From Welwitschia mirabilis (lineage: Eukaryota), in assembly GCA_051453625.1 (NCBI GenBank), contig JBOZIK010000001.1:38783866-38821951 (forward strand): a stretch of 38,086 bases of DNA. The letters run 5' to 3'. Below the pieces are notes generated by a model, which saw only the letters and a list, made by a program, of their open reading frames with translations, did no database searches and was not told where the DNA came from. Position 1 is the stretch's first letter. The number at the start of each line of letters is the position of its first letter. The position numbers and the translations under genes are program-made. Shown piece after piece: positions 10,561 to 22,979 of the stretch.

Positions 10561-11282
10561 ACTTCTAGAAGTAGTCCTTTTTATGGATTTTTTAGAGCTG
10601 CTGCTAGAAGGCTCTATATGTTAGCTTGTTCTGCTGTGATAATCAGGGCTCTACACTGCTAAGGACATGGGCTAGAAAGGGGCCAAAGTGCAGATTTTTG
10701 TGTGTGTCTTTTACTGATTTATTGTTTTCTTTTGTTAAGTCAGTTGGAACTACTTGACTGTAGAAATAATAACTTTTAAATTTTTATCTAATTCAAAACA
10801 GATTACTAAATTTTGTTTCGCTTTGGATATTGTGAGCTGGCTTAACTAGAGTTTTGCAATTGATTTTACTTTAGTCGTTGGAATTGAGCAGCAAACTTTT
10901 TGCTCATAGGTGTTTTCTTCATTGTCAAATTATTTCTCCACTAGAAGTTATTGGCAGGAGGTACTTGGAAAAATCTCATTCCCTTTGAACATCTGAACGA
11001 GCCTGGTTTTCTAAGATTTTTTATGAAGTATTAGACATAGTAATGCAAGAATGGAGAAATGTTTTATCTTTTCTCCTCAAACCTATTTGGCCTGTATTAT
11101 TTCTGAGATAGGTGTTTGCTTTGCTGTGTTAGAGAACTTGGCTTACACACATTTAAATTTTGTTGTGCATCTTGTAGGAGGTGTAGTGCCGACATTATTA
11201 ATGTCCTCTTCTAAGGCTTTTTGATGCCTCATTTGAATAAACTGTGGAATGCTGGCTAAATCAACTAGTGTTTATATTGCAG

Positions 11283-11501
11283 GGAAGCGCAAGGAGACTT
11301 GTTAAAGCTGCTCTTCAAGAAGCAGCAAAGAAAAGAGAGATGCGTTATGCAGATCTCAAAAAGATTGACCGTAGAGTCAGACGGCATTTTCATGATGATA
11401 TCACTGTAATTGTTTTGTTTCTAGACCATAACTTAATAAGTAAATGCACAGTTGAAGGTCCAAAAATATCATTAAGAGGTTGTGCAGTTAATGCTTCGTG
11501 A
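11283..11501 (+). CDS. Terminal coding exon of a clade-D protein phosphatase 2C (PP2C-D; most reminiscent of PP2C42/PP2C.D2-type sequences)
   Basis: Acceptor TTGCAG at 11277-11282, phase 0; [53 protein letters not shown] is the conserved PP2C-D C-terminal block with the metal-binding DDIT motif; stop TGA 11499-11501. Confidence 0.93.
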   Translation, partial: GSARRLVKAALQEAAKKREMRYADLKKIDRRVRRHFHDDITVIVLFLDHNLISKCTVEGPKISLRGCAVNAS

Positions 11502-12403
11502 TTTCTCTTTCTCACTGGTCCCAATCTCGAATGGTAACTCTTCCAACATGATGTGGTAGTGTTTTTGGTTGGATCAAAATCTGATCTGCATATTTCCCTC
11601 AAATACTTCAACCTTGCTAAAGAACAATACCACATCTATTCTTTGGACTAAATGACAAGCACCAGAACAAACAATTGTAGGGCTTTTCTGGGAGCATATA
11701 CGACTTCCCTTTTATTCAGACATCATTAGCAAAATTCATTCTTTTTGTATCATAAATGAAGATCTCAAAAGACTCTTTTTAGCTCTTAATGCATGTCACC
11801 AGCCTAAGGTGCCTTTCAAATATAGTTGTTACTACTTCCTCCCCATTCTGCACTCTTGATGCCTGATTTGCTTTCAGTTATCTTGATGCATTTAACTGCC
11901 TTTGAAGAAGCAAAAACAAAGTGTTTCTGTTCTAGGAAATGGTTTTTGGTTCCCTAAACAAATTCAGGTACATCGTTGGTCGTACTTGAACTTGACAAAA
12001 TGGTCTAACTGGAAGCTGCATAAATATTGTATTTCGCTGTGATGGTTTTGATTCCAGATCTGTACAGCATTGTCAAGCAAAGAATATTGATGTGCTCCAT
12101 GATTATGTTCTTAGACTCCCTTGGCCATTTGGATCAGTTTAGCACTGTAGCCAGTGCTACCTAAGACAAGCTTTACTACCTTAAGGCAACCTCAAGTCTA
12201 ATTCTTTAAAGTGATCTCATCTCCTTAGTTTATGAAGAGCAATGTATGGACTGCAGACAGGGTGTTTCACCCAGTAGCATTAAACGCATTCATATTTTCA
12301 GTTACAGACATCAGGTATAATGGTCTTTTGATGAGGTGCAGAAGATAAACTGTTTTTCTTTTCACATGTAAGACCTGTTCCAATTTCCCCTACAATCTGT
12401 ATG

Positions 12404-12443
12404 GTTCCCAAGGTGATTAATTTGTTCCCAAGGTGATTAATTT
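12404..12443. repeat. Perfect 20-bp tandem duplication GTTCCCAAGGTGATTAATTT
   Basis: Copies at 12404-12423 and 12424-12443. Confidence 0.95.
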
Positions 12444-12928
12444 AACTGAATTTGTTAACCTACAATTATGTTTTCTTTGATCCCATTATCTAGTGATCAC
12501 ATATGATTGCAACAAATGAACATTTACTGGACCTGTAGTATGCAGCATATTGCATTTTTGCAATGGGGGATAACGACATGAGTGGATTTACTTTTTACAT
12601 CTGTCCTCTGGCACACAGGACTTCTTGATGATCATATCCTGCTTAGTGACTATGTCAAGTCTCAAATAATCAAGGAACAATAGTAACTATAAATGCAACT
12701 GCAATACACCTGAAGCACCATGAGTTTTCTACCACGCATAATCATTTTGCCAGTTGCACATGGTGTGGGAAAAGGAGGAATACTGCTTTTGATCATTGCC
12801 TTGCATTAAATTCTATTATTTAGTAGCAATCATATAATTAGTTGCAACTGTGATATGTTCAGCATTTTCTCGAGAACACACAAAAGATTCTGAAGCCTGA
12901 AAATTTTATGATTTGTTTTAAACCTTTT

Positions 12929-13239
12929 TATGAAGCTATCATTAATATATTGTTTGTGGTTTGGTTTTGTTTTGTTTTATTTTTTTTCCCCTTAATCTCT
13001 CCTGCGTAGAATTCCAAATTCTATTTGCAAAGGGATGTGATAACTCTCCGAACACTGAGATTGCTTTGTATTATTTTTGTTTTTGGTCATAACCAAGTGT
13101 TTCTATCTTGAAAGAACACCTAACTATTGCAGAAGAGCGTGAAGCAGTATGAGAGCTGACAGAATTCACAAATTGAAGATTAAATATTTTCGTTCACAAA
13201 AAATTATGAAAATATCAGTATGAAGCTATCATTAATATA
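12929..13239 (-). other. 269-bp segment flanked by a perfect 21-bp direct repeat; possible retroposed insertion
   Basis: TATGAAGCTATCATTAATATA at 12929-12949 and 13219-13239; T-rich tract right after the left copy (A-rich tail on the minus strand). Confidence 0.5.
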
Positions 13240-14535
13240 CTTGAAAGTAGATGGTTTATATAAGCCGAAGTTCTGTTGAAGATGTTGAAGATGCTACCAA
13301 ATGTTATTGCATGTTAATAAAATATTGTAGGTATACTATGTGGAGCTTGGAGATATCTAAGAAAGTAATAGAAAGACTCAAAAATTGTCATGGGATGATA
13401 GAAGACATCAGAAATATTATTCAGAAAACTTTTAAAATGTTATTGATTTATTTTAGGGTTGACGTTGTTAAAGACCAAACCAGAGACGAAGGTACTGCCA
13501 TATAGTTTAGCATATTTATATGATATTATAGAAATACTAGATAGCAATTTGGTGATATTTAAAGATGCAGGGGAAATGATGACTTGAAGATTGTTATTGA
13601 ATGGCTAGAAAACATAAGGAATGCGACAAATTAAATGGTAAAGCATAAACTTACCCTTTATTTATTGTGCAAGAACAAAAGAAACAATTAAGATCTTTAA
13701 ATAATCTGCTTTGTTTAAACAGGCACATAGAAAGCTATGCCTCAACAGTTTGAAAGAAAGAATGAGAAAATTTGTTTTTGAGGCATCGTGTTAAAGCATC
13801 GCAATCTTTGCCATAGGTTCTTGCAGGATGGCAATAGTAAAAGAACTTTTACTCCTTTATATACTAAAAAGGATTGATATTTTGTGCCTTACACACAACA
13901 GAGAATTTGTGATATGTCACTAAGGGGTGATTAATACATAATTTAAAAGAGAGTACCTGATTTGAACTTTCTTTTTTGATGTATGATATTATAAACATGG
14001 AAAACTTTGTATTTGGGATGACAAGAAAATGCAATGTTTTGTATGATGATTTAAGACATGACATGGTATTATTGTTCATTTATCTGGCATTAAAATTTTA
14101 TGCATTTTTCTTGTGTATGTCATGATTTTGAGCTGCAGATTGAACATGGATTTGATTTGATGAAAAAAGATGGTGTTTACCCTTGGCGAGGGTAATGAGC
14201 CACATCTATGGATGAGTTAGTCAATATGTATTGTTAGTTCTAACATAGCATTGCAGCTTGGTTATTGAAATTGAAATATTGTAAAATAGAGTTAACTGTA
14301 TATTTTTAACAAGAGTTAAATTGGAGGATATAGTGTTGTGATAGTTATAGGACCTAAACTGTAGGAGGAAAAACCAAGCATAGTAGCTAGCAAGAGCAAG
14401 GAAAAATTTATGTTATTGAAGTGAACAAACTGGGGTTTCCATACAGGCAGCAAAACACAGGAAAAGCAATGGTTGATAATGCCTTGGGAAGGAGCTTGTG
14501 TTAACTGAGATTTGCTTTAAGCAGATTTTTCAGCA

Positions 14536-17500
14536 TGTTATTAGTATTTCTAAAGCGATGCCGAGTCGTCTTCCACTTTCAAACTATTCCTCGTAAAAAA
14601 TATAAAATAATAATAATAATACTAATGCTACTACTTAAATAGTTTAAATCAAAATGGTAAAAAAATTAGAAGTTATGGGTTGAGATTTTAACAAATAAAG
14701 AATAATAAAATAAACAACAACGACAACAACAACAACAATATAATAATAATAATAAGAAGTAGTCAAAATGGAAAATGTATGTTTCATAGCAAATTAGAAT
14801 TGAAGAGAGGGGATGTTTCATAAACATGGCAACTGTGGGAAGAGATATGAAACCCATAAATTTGGAAGTGGAAAAACACATCACTATAGTGCATCAATTG
14901 ACAAAGTAGGGGGAAAAAAAGGAAAAAACAAAGGTCGTTCCGAGGGAAATCAGATAAGACATCAATGAATTAGAAGATAAATTCATGAATCCTCAGTGTA
15001 CAACATAAGGCCTTCAAAGAAAGTCTTGTTGGTGCTAGAGTAAGACCCCTTAGGTGTTGCTTTGAAGTGTGCAGAACACTCTTGTAGCAATCTCTAGAAG
15101 TGCTATAAGAGGCTTATTGAAGTGATCATCAAAACAATTATTTATTTGTATATATGGATAAATTTGTATAAATTATTTATAAATTTGATTAAAATTTATT
15201 TATTACTATATGTAAATGTAAATGTTCAAATTCTTTGTTGATTAAGATCTTTGTGATTAATTTTTTAATCAACTATTTGAATTATTTATTTAACTCTTTT
15301 AGTTGGTATTAAAGCCATCACAAGGAGAAAACTTGAAAACACTAAATAAAGTATTCCATTAAAGAAAACTAAAGCAATTTAAAAAAACACACACGAAAAA
15401 GGAAAGAATAAAGAAATCTTTTTGAGTCCTTGAGGAAAACTAGGTTGCCATTTCATAGTTTAGCAGTCACAAGACTTAAGTTTGAAAGAAAACACCTCCA
15501 AAAAGAAGAGCAACAGCTAAAAGAGAAGCCCTCCATCACCTCCCTTTCAAGAGAGCCAAATCAATGCAAGTAGTTCACAAGTCAAACTTTCTGAAGGCAT
15601 GGGCAAAATAATTGATGTTCCAGCCTTTGACGAGGTCACTATGATATGTGGAAATTAATGACGACAATGGACTAAAAAACACAGGATTATGGACATAAAG
15701 TGTAAATGATGTTGATAATCTCAAATGCACACAAAGATACAAAAGAATTTTCTTGTGAAGAGAGACAAAGACAAAATGTTGCAAAAATCATGATAGGTAT
15801 TAATAGTGCATTTGATAATCAAGAGCTGAAAAAAAATATGATCTAGTATCAATTAAGTGTACTAAGGCCACAAGAGGGTTCAATCCATCAAATTAAAAAC
15901 TTGGGAGCTGAATTTTAGTGCTTAAAAATTGAGAGGAGTGTGTAGAAGGCTATATTTAGAGTAAAAGATGGTGGAAGAAAACTTAGTGCTATTGGATATT
16001 GTCCGTCAACAAATGATGTAGTCCTAAAAGTCTTGAGGTCTTTAACACCTTAATCTAAACATAGCTATTATGCTAGCAACTTGCTTGATTTAAGCTCTGT
16101 TTTAGTAGAAGAACTATTAGGGAGGATAATTTGAAAGAGTGTACACTTAAATCAAATGAAATAGCTAATAAATTTATCTTATTAAATGTTCTCTCCTATA
16201 CTTGATGAAAGCATTAAAACTCTCTATGGTGGTAAAGAAAGAGGTAGAAATGGAAGAAGAAAGGAAGAGGTAGAGGACTTTCAAACTTCCCCAATCAAAA
16301 TCAATATAATGCAAATTAAAGTTAGCAAGAGGAGTTTTAACAAAATAATAATTCCCAAAACACAAGAAGTGGAAAAGGTAAAGAGGAAAAAAGGCAGAAG
16401 AGATTCCATTTATTGATACTGTTGCAAAAAGCCTAATCATCTTGCAAAAGATTGTGGACAAAGAATAAAAAATGAGGTAAATGCAGAGGTAAATGCAGTT
16501 TGCTTGATTGAAGAGAAAGGGGAAAACAATCATGACAGTGCACATTTGACAACAGGTAATATGGAACAAGAACTCAAGAACGAGCTTTTGTGATAGCAAC
16601 TAAAAGGGAGTGGATTTGTGATAGTTGTCGCTTATACTCGGTGACTAATAAAAGGGACATATTCTAGACCTACAAAAAAAGTACACAATGCTGGTCATGT
16701 TGGTTTTGGAGGTGAAAATAGTGGAATTATTGAAGGCATAGGAGAGATCAAGATAAGAATTTTAAGGGACAGCCTTAAACCATAAGTAATGTATTGTATA
16801 TACCCAACATATAGTGCAATATTTGAGTCTTGGTTAACTTTAGAAAAATGGTTTTCAAAGTTGTGTTAGAAAATAACACATGTACAATTATTAAAGATGG
16901 AATAAAATTATGTCTTCCAAGATCCCTCAACTATCTTTATAAATTCAAATTTGAGAAGAGGTTAGTATCTCGAGCAGATGAGTTCTGGTTATGGCATGGA
17001 AGATTCAGACATGCCTCATTTCCATACACGAAAGAAGTGATTAATAAGAAACATTGTTGAAGGGATTCCAAAGCTTGATGTCCATGAAACAATCACTTTC
17101 AAAAATTGTATTCAATGGAGACAAACTAGAGTGCCTTTTACAAGCATTGGAAAAACATTGGAGAAGACTCTAGGGTTTTTTCATAATGACATATGTGGTC
17201 CTATGAGAATTCCATGCCTAAATTACAACATCTACTTTGTTGCCTTCATTGATGACTGCATCAGGTTTTTTCCTATTCTCTTCATGAAGTCCCAAGCCTC
17301 GCACTCTTTCATGTTATATAAGAACTTTATTGAGGAGAGTTAGGCTATAAAATCAAGGCATTAAGGAGCGGCAGGGAGAATACACTTCACATGAGTTCCA
17401 ACATTATCTTAAAAATAATGGCATTTTGCCCTAAACAACTACAAGGTATATCACTCAACAAAATGGGATGCCTGCAAGAATAAGAACTTAGTTGACATGA

Positions 17501-20500
17501 TAGGAACCATGCTTAACGATGCAAACCTTTCAAATAAATATTGGGTTGAAGCAATTAGCACAACCGACAACCTACAAAATAGGCTTCTAACCAAGGATTT
17601 GAAGTATATGTACCCCTATGAAGCTTGGGATGGCAAAATCTTTAATCTCTCTTATGTAAAATGTTTTTGGATCAAGATGCTATGTGAAGAATATTTCCCA
17701 ATCAAAATAAATAATATCTCAAATCAAGAGAGTTTATATTCATTAGTTACATGTAAATAAGATAGGCGTCCGGAGATGAGAACAAACAAGATAGTTGAAA
17801 GGATTGATGTGAAATGCCATGAAGCAACAAATTTAGTCCCTTCAAATAAGATAAGTTGTAAATTTTGATATAAAATACACTAATGGGGAGGAATCATACC
17901 ATAAAGATGAAGCCTTCCTTAATGATAATTCAGAAAATTTGCATGATGATCTAGAAGATGTAACTAATGACAAGATGGATGAGATTTCAACACTTGATGA
18001 GGTGTTTGATGTTGATCATGAAGTATCAGCCCTGAAACACCATAGAAGAATATCGAAATACTTGGACAAAAGCAACATTATTAGTTCAACATGTAGTGAT
18101 ATGAAGACTAAAGCTAGTTAAAGCATCAAGCATACTTCGTAGCCATGAATAAAGAACTTAGGCTATTCCATGCAATCCAAAATGCTTCATTTATGATAGG
18201 TGATCCAATTAAATGTAGTGATGGAAAGGACTTCACCATTGGCAAGAAGCGATGTAGTAAGAAATAAACCAAATTAACAAATCCAAAGCATGGGATTTGG
18301 TTTCCTAACCTTGAAACAAGATCAGAGTTAGAACTGAGTAGATTTATAAAATAGGATATTATGTTGACAAAATGTAAATAAGTATAAAGCAAGGTTGGTG
18401 GCACAACATGATGTTCAAGAATACGAAATAGACTATGTAATTCCTAAGAACACTCCCTTTATATGCTTCAAAAATCAAAATGAAGATGTATTGATGGATG
18501 TTAACATTTTTAAGTGGTGACATGCATGAAGAAGTTTATGTGAAGCAACCAAGTGCATTTATTGTTGAAGGAAAAGAAAACCATGTTTATTTGCTAAAGA
18601 AGGCTCTATATGCAGTTAAACAAGCCCAAGAGCTTGGTATTTGAAACTACATATATAATTAAAGAAGCAAGGGTATGAGTAGTACCAAAAATAGTATGCA
18701 TATATTCACCTAATATGGTTGAAACCTTTTCTTGATGATTCATGTTGATGATATTAGACTTGAAAGATCAAAACAATGATTGATAACCTTAAATATAATA
18801 TGGTGAATGAGCTTGAAATTACAAACTTGAGAAATCTATTGTACTAGTTTGACATAGAAAATTAGACAAGCACACAATGGAATGTTCTTAAATCAAGCAA
18901 AATACATCCAAGATATGCTATGTAAGTTCTCCACATACAATTACAAACCTATAAGTACCCATCTTTCTCTATCTACAACTCTCAAAAGAAATGAATGGTG
19001 AAAGCATAGATGAACATAATTATAGGTCTATTTGGGAAACTTTGAAGTAATTAATAGCAACTAAACCTAATATTCAATATTCTTTGAATCTAGTGGTCAA
19101 ATATATGTCCAAGCGTTTGAATCCTCACTAATGATAAACAAACAAGATATTAAGGTATGTTAAATCTACTTCCGCTTTTGGCCTTTAGTAAGAATGCAAA
19201 GTGACTTCAATTTAGAAGGTTATGTTAATGCTCATTGGGTGTTTGGCTAGGATCATTGGATGATAGAAGTAGTACAAGTTTCTATGTCGTGCATATGGGT
19301 TAGTGTAGTAAGAAATAGACATTGCCTTGTCCTCTATTGTAGCTAAATACATGGTAGTAGATTTTTCTTCTCAATAAATTTGTTGGCTTGACAAGTTATC
19401 CAATAAATTTTCCATTCCTTCAAACAAGTCAATTATATAGTGATAGTATGTCTACCATTGCAATATCTAAAAAAGTCCATGATACATTCAAGAATCAAAC
19501 ACATTAATACTGGTTACCATTTCATATAGTAATTGATTGAAGAAGGGTTAATTACCATTTGATATTTTCCAACTCATGTACAAATTACTAATTTTTCATA
19601 AATGCATTAGACATAAATGATTTGTTATACTAAGGGAAAAAATTCTGTGTTCTTGACATTTTAACGAAGGGGAAGAAATCCTAAAATTAATAATCTCCCA
19701 CAAAGACATGTGCTACCACATACACATCAAACATGTGGTAGGTGTTGCTTACAACTCTAAAAATGTTGATTACTTAAAATTTTATGATATAATAGAACTA
19801 AATATGTCAACGGGGAGTTTGTTGATAGTGCTAGAACCATCTTGAGTTACATTCCCCCTTCAAACTTCTAAATTTTTCATTAAAAATAAAAAATAGTAAT
19901 AATACTAAAGCTAACTTAAATCGCTAAGTCAAAATGGTAAATGANNNNNNNNNNNNNNNNNNNNNNNNNNNNNNNNNNNNNNNNNNNNNNNNNNNNNNNN
20001 NNNNNNNNNNNNNNNNNNNNNNNNNNNNNNNNNNNNNNNNNNNNAAAATAAAAAATATTAATAATACTAAAGCTCACTTACATTGCTAAGTCAAAATGGT
20101 AAATGAGAAGAGGTTATATGTTTAAATCTTAACACATAAATAAATGTAAAAATTGAGGAGGTATGATGTTTCATAACAAATTAGAATTGAAAAGTTATGA
20201 CATTTCACAAAGTGCTAACCTTGGGAAGAAACATCAAGCTAATGAAATTGAAGTCTAAAATGAATTCTTATGGTACATGAATTTAAAAAAGAAAGGAATT
20301 CAAAGATAAATCAAAGAAGGAAATTACTAAATCAAAAGATAAATTTAGAAATCTTTAGTGTGTGACATAGGACATTTAAAGCAAACCTCCTTGGTCTTGA
20401 GCTAAGATCACTTGGGAATCCCTTTGGAGTATGCATAATATCCCTATAGTAGTAATGTCAGGAAGTGCTATAGAGGCTTGTTGAAGTGGTCATCAAAATA

Positions 20501-20667
20501 TCTGGTTATTTGTATATAATCATAAATTTGTATAAGTTATTTGCAACTTTGATTAAGATTTATTTGCCATTTTATATGGATTTAAGTGTTTAAATTCGAT
20601 GTTGATTAATATCCTTCTGATTAATTTGTTAATCAATTGTTTGAATTATTTGTTTAATTCCTTTACA
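14536..20667 (+). mobile_element. Full-length but heavily degenerate Ty1/copia LTR retrotransposon
   Basis: Alignable LTRs ~14536-15301 and 19820-20667 (TGTTG...TTTACA); decayed PBS TGGTATTAAAGCC (15304-15316); zinc knuckle YCCKKPNHLAKDC ~16417-16455; protease EWICDS ~16608; LWHGRFRHASF; integrase HNDICGPM...YFVAFIDD and KYWVEA; RT IHVDDI ~18740; RNase H RIKHINTGYHFI ~19490; PPT ACGGGGAG ~19810-19817; many stops and frameshifts; no TSD recovered. Confidence 0.9.
14713..14754. repeat. Compound (AAC)n/(AAT)n microsatellite inside the 5' LTR
   Basis: Directly visible; not seen in the 3' LTR copy. Confidence 0.85.
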
Positions 20668-21018
20668 TGTAGTTCTTTCCAATCAAAATTGCAAGTATTA
20701 ATTTTTAAGCTTCTTACAATTTAAAATTTTTACTTAATGATTCTCATGAAGAAACAATAAGGGCATATTAGGATTATACATTAACGAACATAGAACTTAA
20801 ATGGGAGGGGTGAATGAGTTCTATATAAAAAGTTTCACTTATAAAATAAATGATTTGCTGAATTGAAATATGTGCATGCCAATAAAAAATGAAGGCCTTG
20901 CTAGATTCATGTGGTTCATCAAGTAGGGTAGTCACCACTAGGAGGGTAGAATTAGGCACACCTATGGATCCTATTACATAGAAAGATCTTGTGGTTTGTA
21001 GCTCACCACTAAACTCAG

Positions 21019-21238
21019 AAGGCTTAAAGTACAACGGAGTTGTTACTTGTAACATGACAAACTCAACACCTTAGGTTTCAAGCTCATAAAGTTATGTTTC
21101 CCTTAGGAACACACTGAAAGAGCCTTACAAGGCTTGAAGTACAATGAAGTTGCTCCTAGAAAGGAAGCCAACTCAACCCCTTTGGATTAAGGCTTACTAA
21201 GTGATATCTTCCTCAAGAACACTTCAAAAGAGCCTCAC
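21019..21238. repeat. Two diverged ~110-bp tandem units within the SIRE-like LTR (also in the other LTR at ~30302-30520)
   Basis: AAGGCTT(A/G)AAGTACAA recurs at 21019 and 21129; equivalent starts at 30302 and 30411. Confidence 0.8.
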
Positions 21239-22979
21239 AAGGCATCCATATAACTTAGAATCCTTTTAAGACCCAAAAGATATAAGCCTCTCAAGGCATG
21301 ATTATGGAATAAAAAAGGGGAATGTGGATATACAGAGATTCACAAATTAGATTTCCACATTTATGTATAGGGATATGATGGAAGCAAGATCAAAAGAATA
21401 TAGTATGAAGAACAACACTTGCTTACTCAATACTAGAGCCTACGAGAAGTAGTATAAGCAAGTTGATGGAGTGTTTTGGTTCTTCCTTCTTCAAGGTATT
21501 GCAAGTATTTTTCTTTTGTAACTATGAGGTCTTGTGTAGCCAGGGGAGAAAATGAAAAAGGAAGGAGGAAGTAGAAGAAGAAGATGAAACCAAAGGAGGA
21601 GGAAGAGGAGGAGGAGTAGGAGAAGAAAATCTCTTTGAATGACTTCTTGTTTTGTGCCTTTTGAACTTTTTATAGAAGTCTCCAAAACTAGTTACAAAAA
21701 CGGAAGAATGAAAAAATGATCAGTTTGGTAGTCCAAAATGGGCACCTTTTATTTTTGTGTTTCAAGTCAAAGTAGATGTATTCATGACTTGTAAAGTTCT
21801 TTAGCTTTTAAACATCTTTACAATACGTAGATGCCTTCAATCTAGAATGAAACAAGCTTCACTTATGATCAAATTAGATTCTAGACTTTTGTTAGAAATA
21901 AGCTCATTATAGATGTATTTACATGAGAAGATGTTCAAAATCTAGGTGAAATGATTCTTTAGAAAATAGACATCTTCAATTCTAATATACATCTTTTGTG
22001 ATGCTTCATTGATTTAGCTAAGACATCTTTCACCTTGTAGACATTTGGTGGTATAGTGGATGTCCTTAAAATATAGACATCTTTACTTAAAAAAATTCTT
22101 CAAACACATGAAGCTTCCCAAGGCATTAGTTTTAAACCACATTTGAAAAACTCAACAATTGTCTTGTAGGTGTTTTCATAAGCGGTAGATGTCTTCAACC
22201 TTATAGACATCTTCTTTGCAATTGATTAAAACTTGAAATTCCTCATTTCCATCCACCCATAATGCTAGTTTAATAGGTTTGATACATAAAAAATAAGTAA
22301 TTCAATATTCTCCCCCTTCTTGATGATGTCCAAAACTTAGCAAATTCACTAATATCACCAATTTTAAGATAGTGAAAAAAATTCCAACTTAAAAAAGAAT
22401 GACATAATTGAGTCATAAAAGGTAAAAGCATTAAATATACAATGCAAGTAATTATGATGAAGTCCAATCAAAACAACAATGCCAATTATGATAATGCTAA
22501 TGCAAGCGTTGAAAAATGGGGGAAAAAATGTAGAATGAGGAATCAGTTATATGGTCCCCAACACAACTTGTCCATAATATGATAGAAGAGATGTCCTCAA
22601 TAAATCTTCTAGAATTTTCTACATTTCTACCCATTTTTAGACATCATAAAATGCTACTCACTGGGACATGCATCAATATTGTATTCCTCTATGTATGCAT
22701 ACTCATATTTGTTGCTTTCGTTAGTGTTACAATAGTGCTTAAATGAAGATTTGTAATAACCATTGTATGATAATGAGGTCTCTTACTATAACCTAGAACT
22801 GAGTGGATGCTAACTTTTTCTACCTGCCTACACGGAAGTCTATGAAACCTGTTGATGCATCCTAATGTACATCCATGATGTGGTAGAGGTACCAAATAAG
22901 CTAGATGTTACTACTCTGGCAAATTCCTAAGTTTGAACTACTAAACTCACTAAAGGTCATGGAATATGCGGTGGTGAAT

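Larger units (their letters stand above)
3943..10742 (+). mobile_element. Degenerate Ty1/copia element (Tnt1/Tork-like) with nested insertions; outer boundaries approximate
   Basis: LTR ending TAGCA (4294); decayed PBS TAGTATTAGAGC (4297-4308); gag remnants (LDMKALHLIGLCL; NNWETIRTTL...RGKSRSRS); protease-like remnant ~5470; LWHRRLGHFS (5866-5895); integrase VSLGGASYFVTVIDDLSR, resuming after 8176 with KIKCLLTDNGGEHTS and GFSKHFWAE; RT start GELETY*EAIS ~9007; related LTR 3' part at ~10570-10742. Confidence 0.8.

Noticed and set aside
11244..11282. GTG start and first 13 codons of the 85-aa ORF as the PP2C N-terminus
   Set aside because: Intron sequence ending in a TTGCAG acceptor; homology starts at GSARRL
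12404..12443. 20-bp tandem duplication as a regulatory element
   Set aside because: An ordinary local duplication with no further support for function
14139..14191. FDLMKKDGVYPW resembling a family-B DNA polymerase KGVYPY motif
   Set aside because: Only a few residues match and no other polymerase motifs are nearby; probably chance
16174..16599. Hydrophobic minus-strand ORF suggesting a membrane protein (similar cases at 14666-14884, 21491-21685, 36944-37273)
   Set aside because: Antisense shadows of A-rich TE sequence or simple repeats
14531..20672. Target-site duplication for the full-length copia
   Set aside because: Flanks CAGCA and TGTAG do not match, so none is claimed
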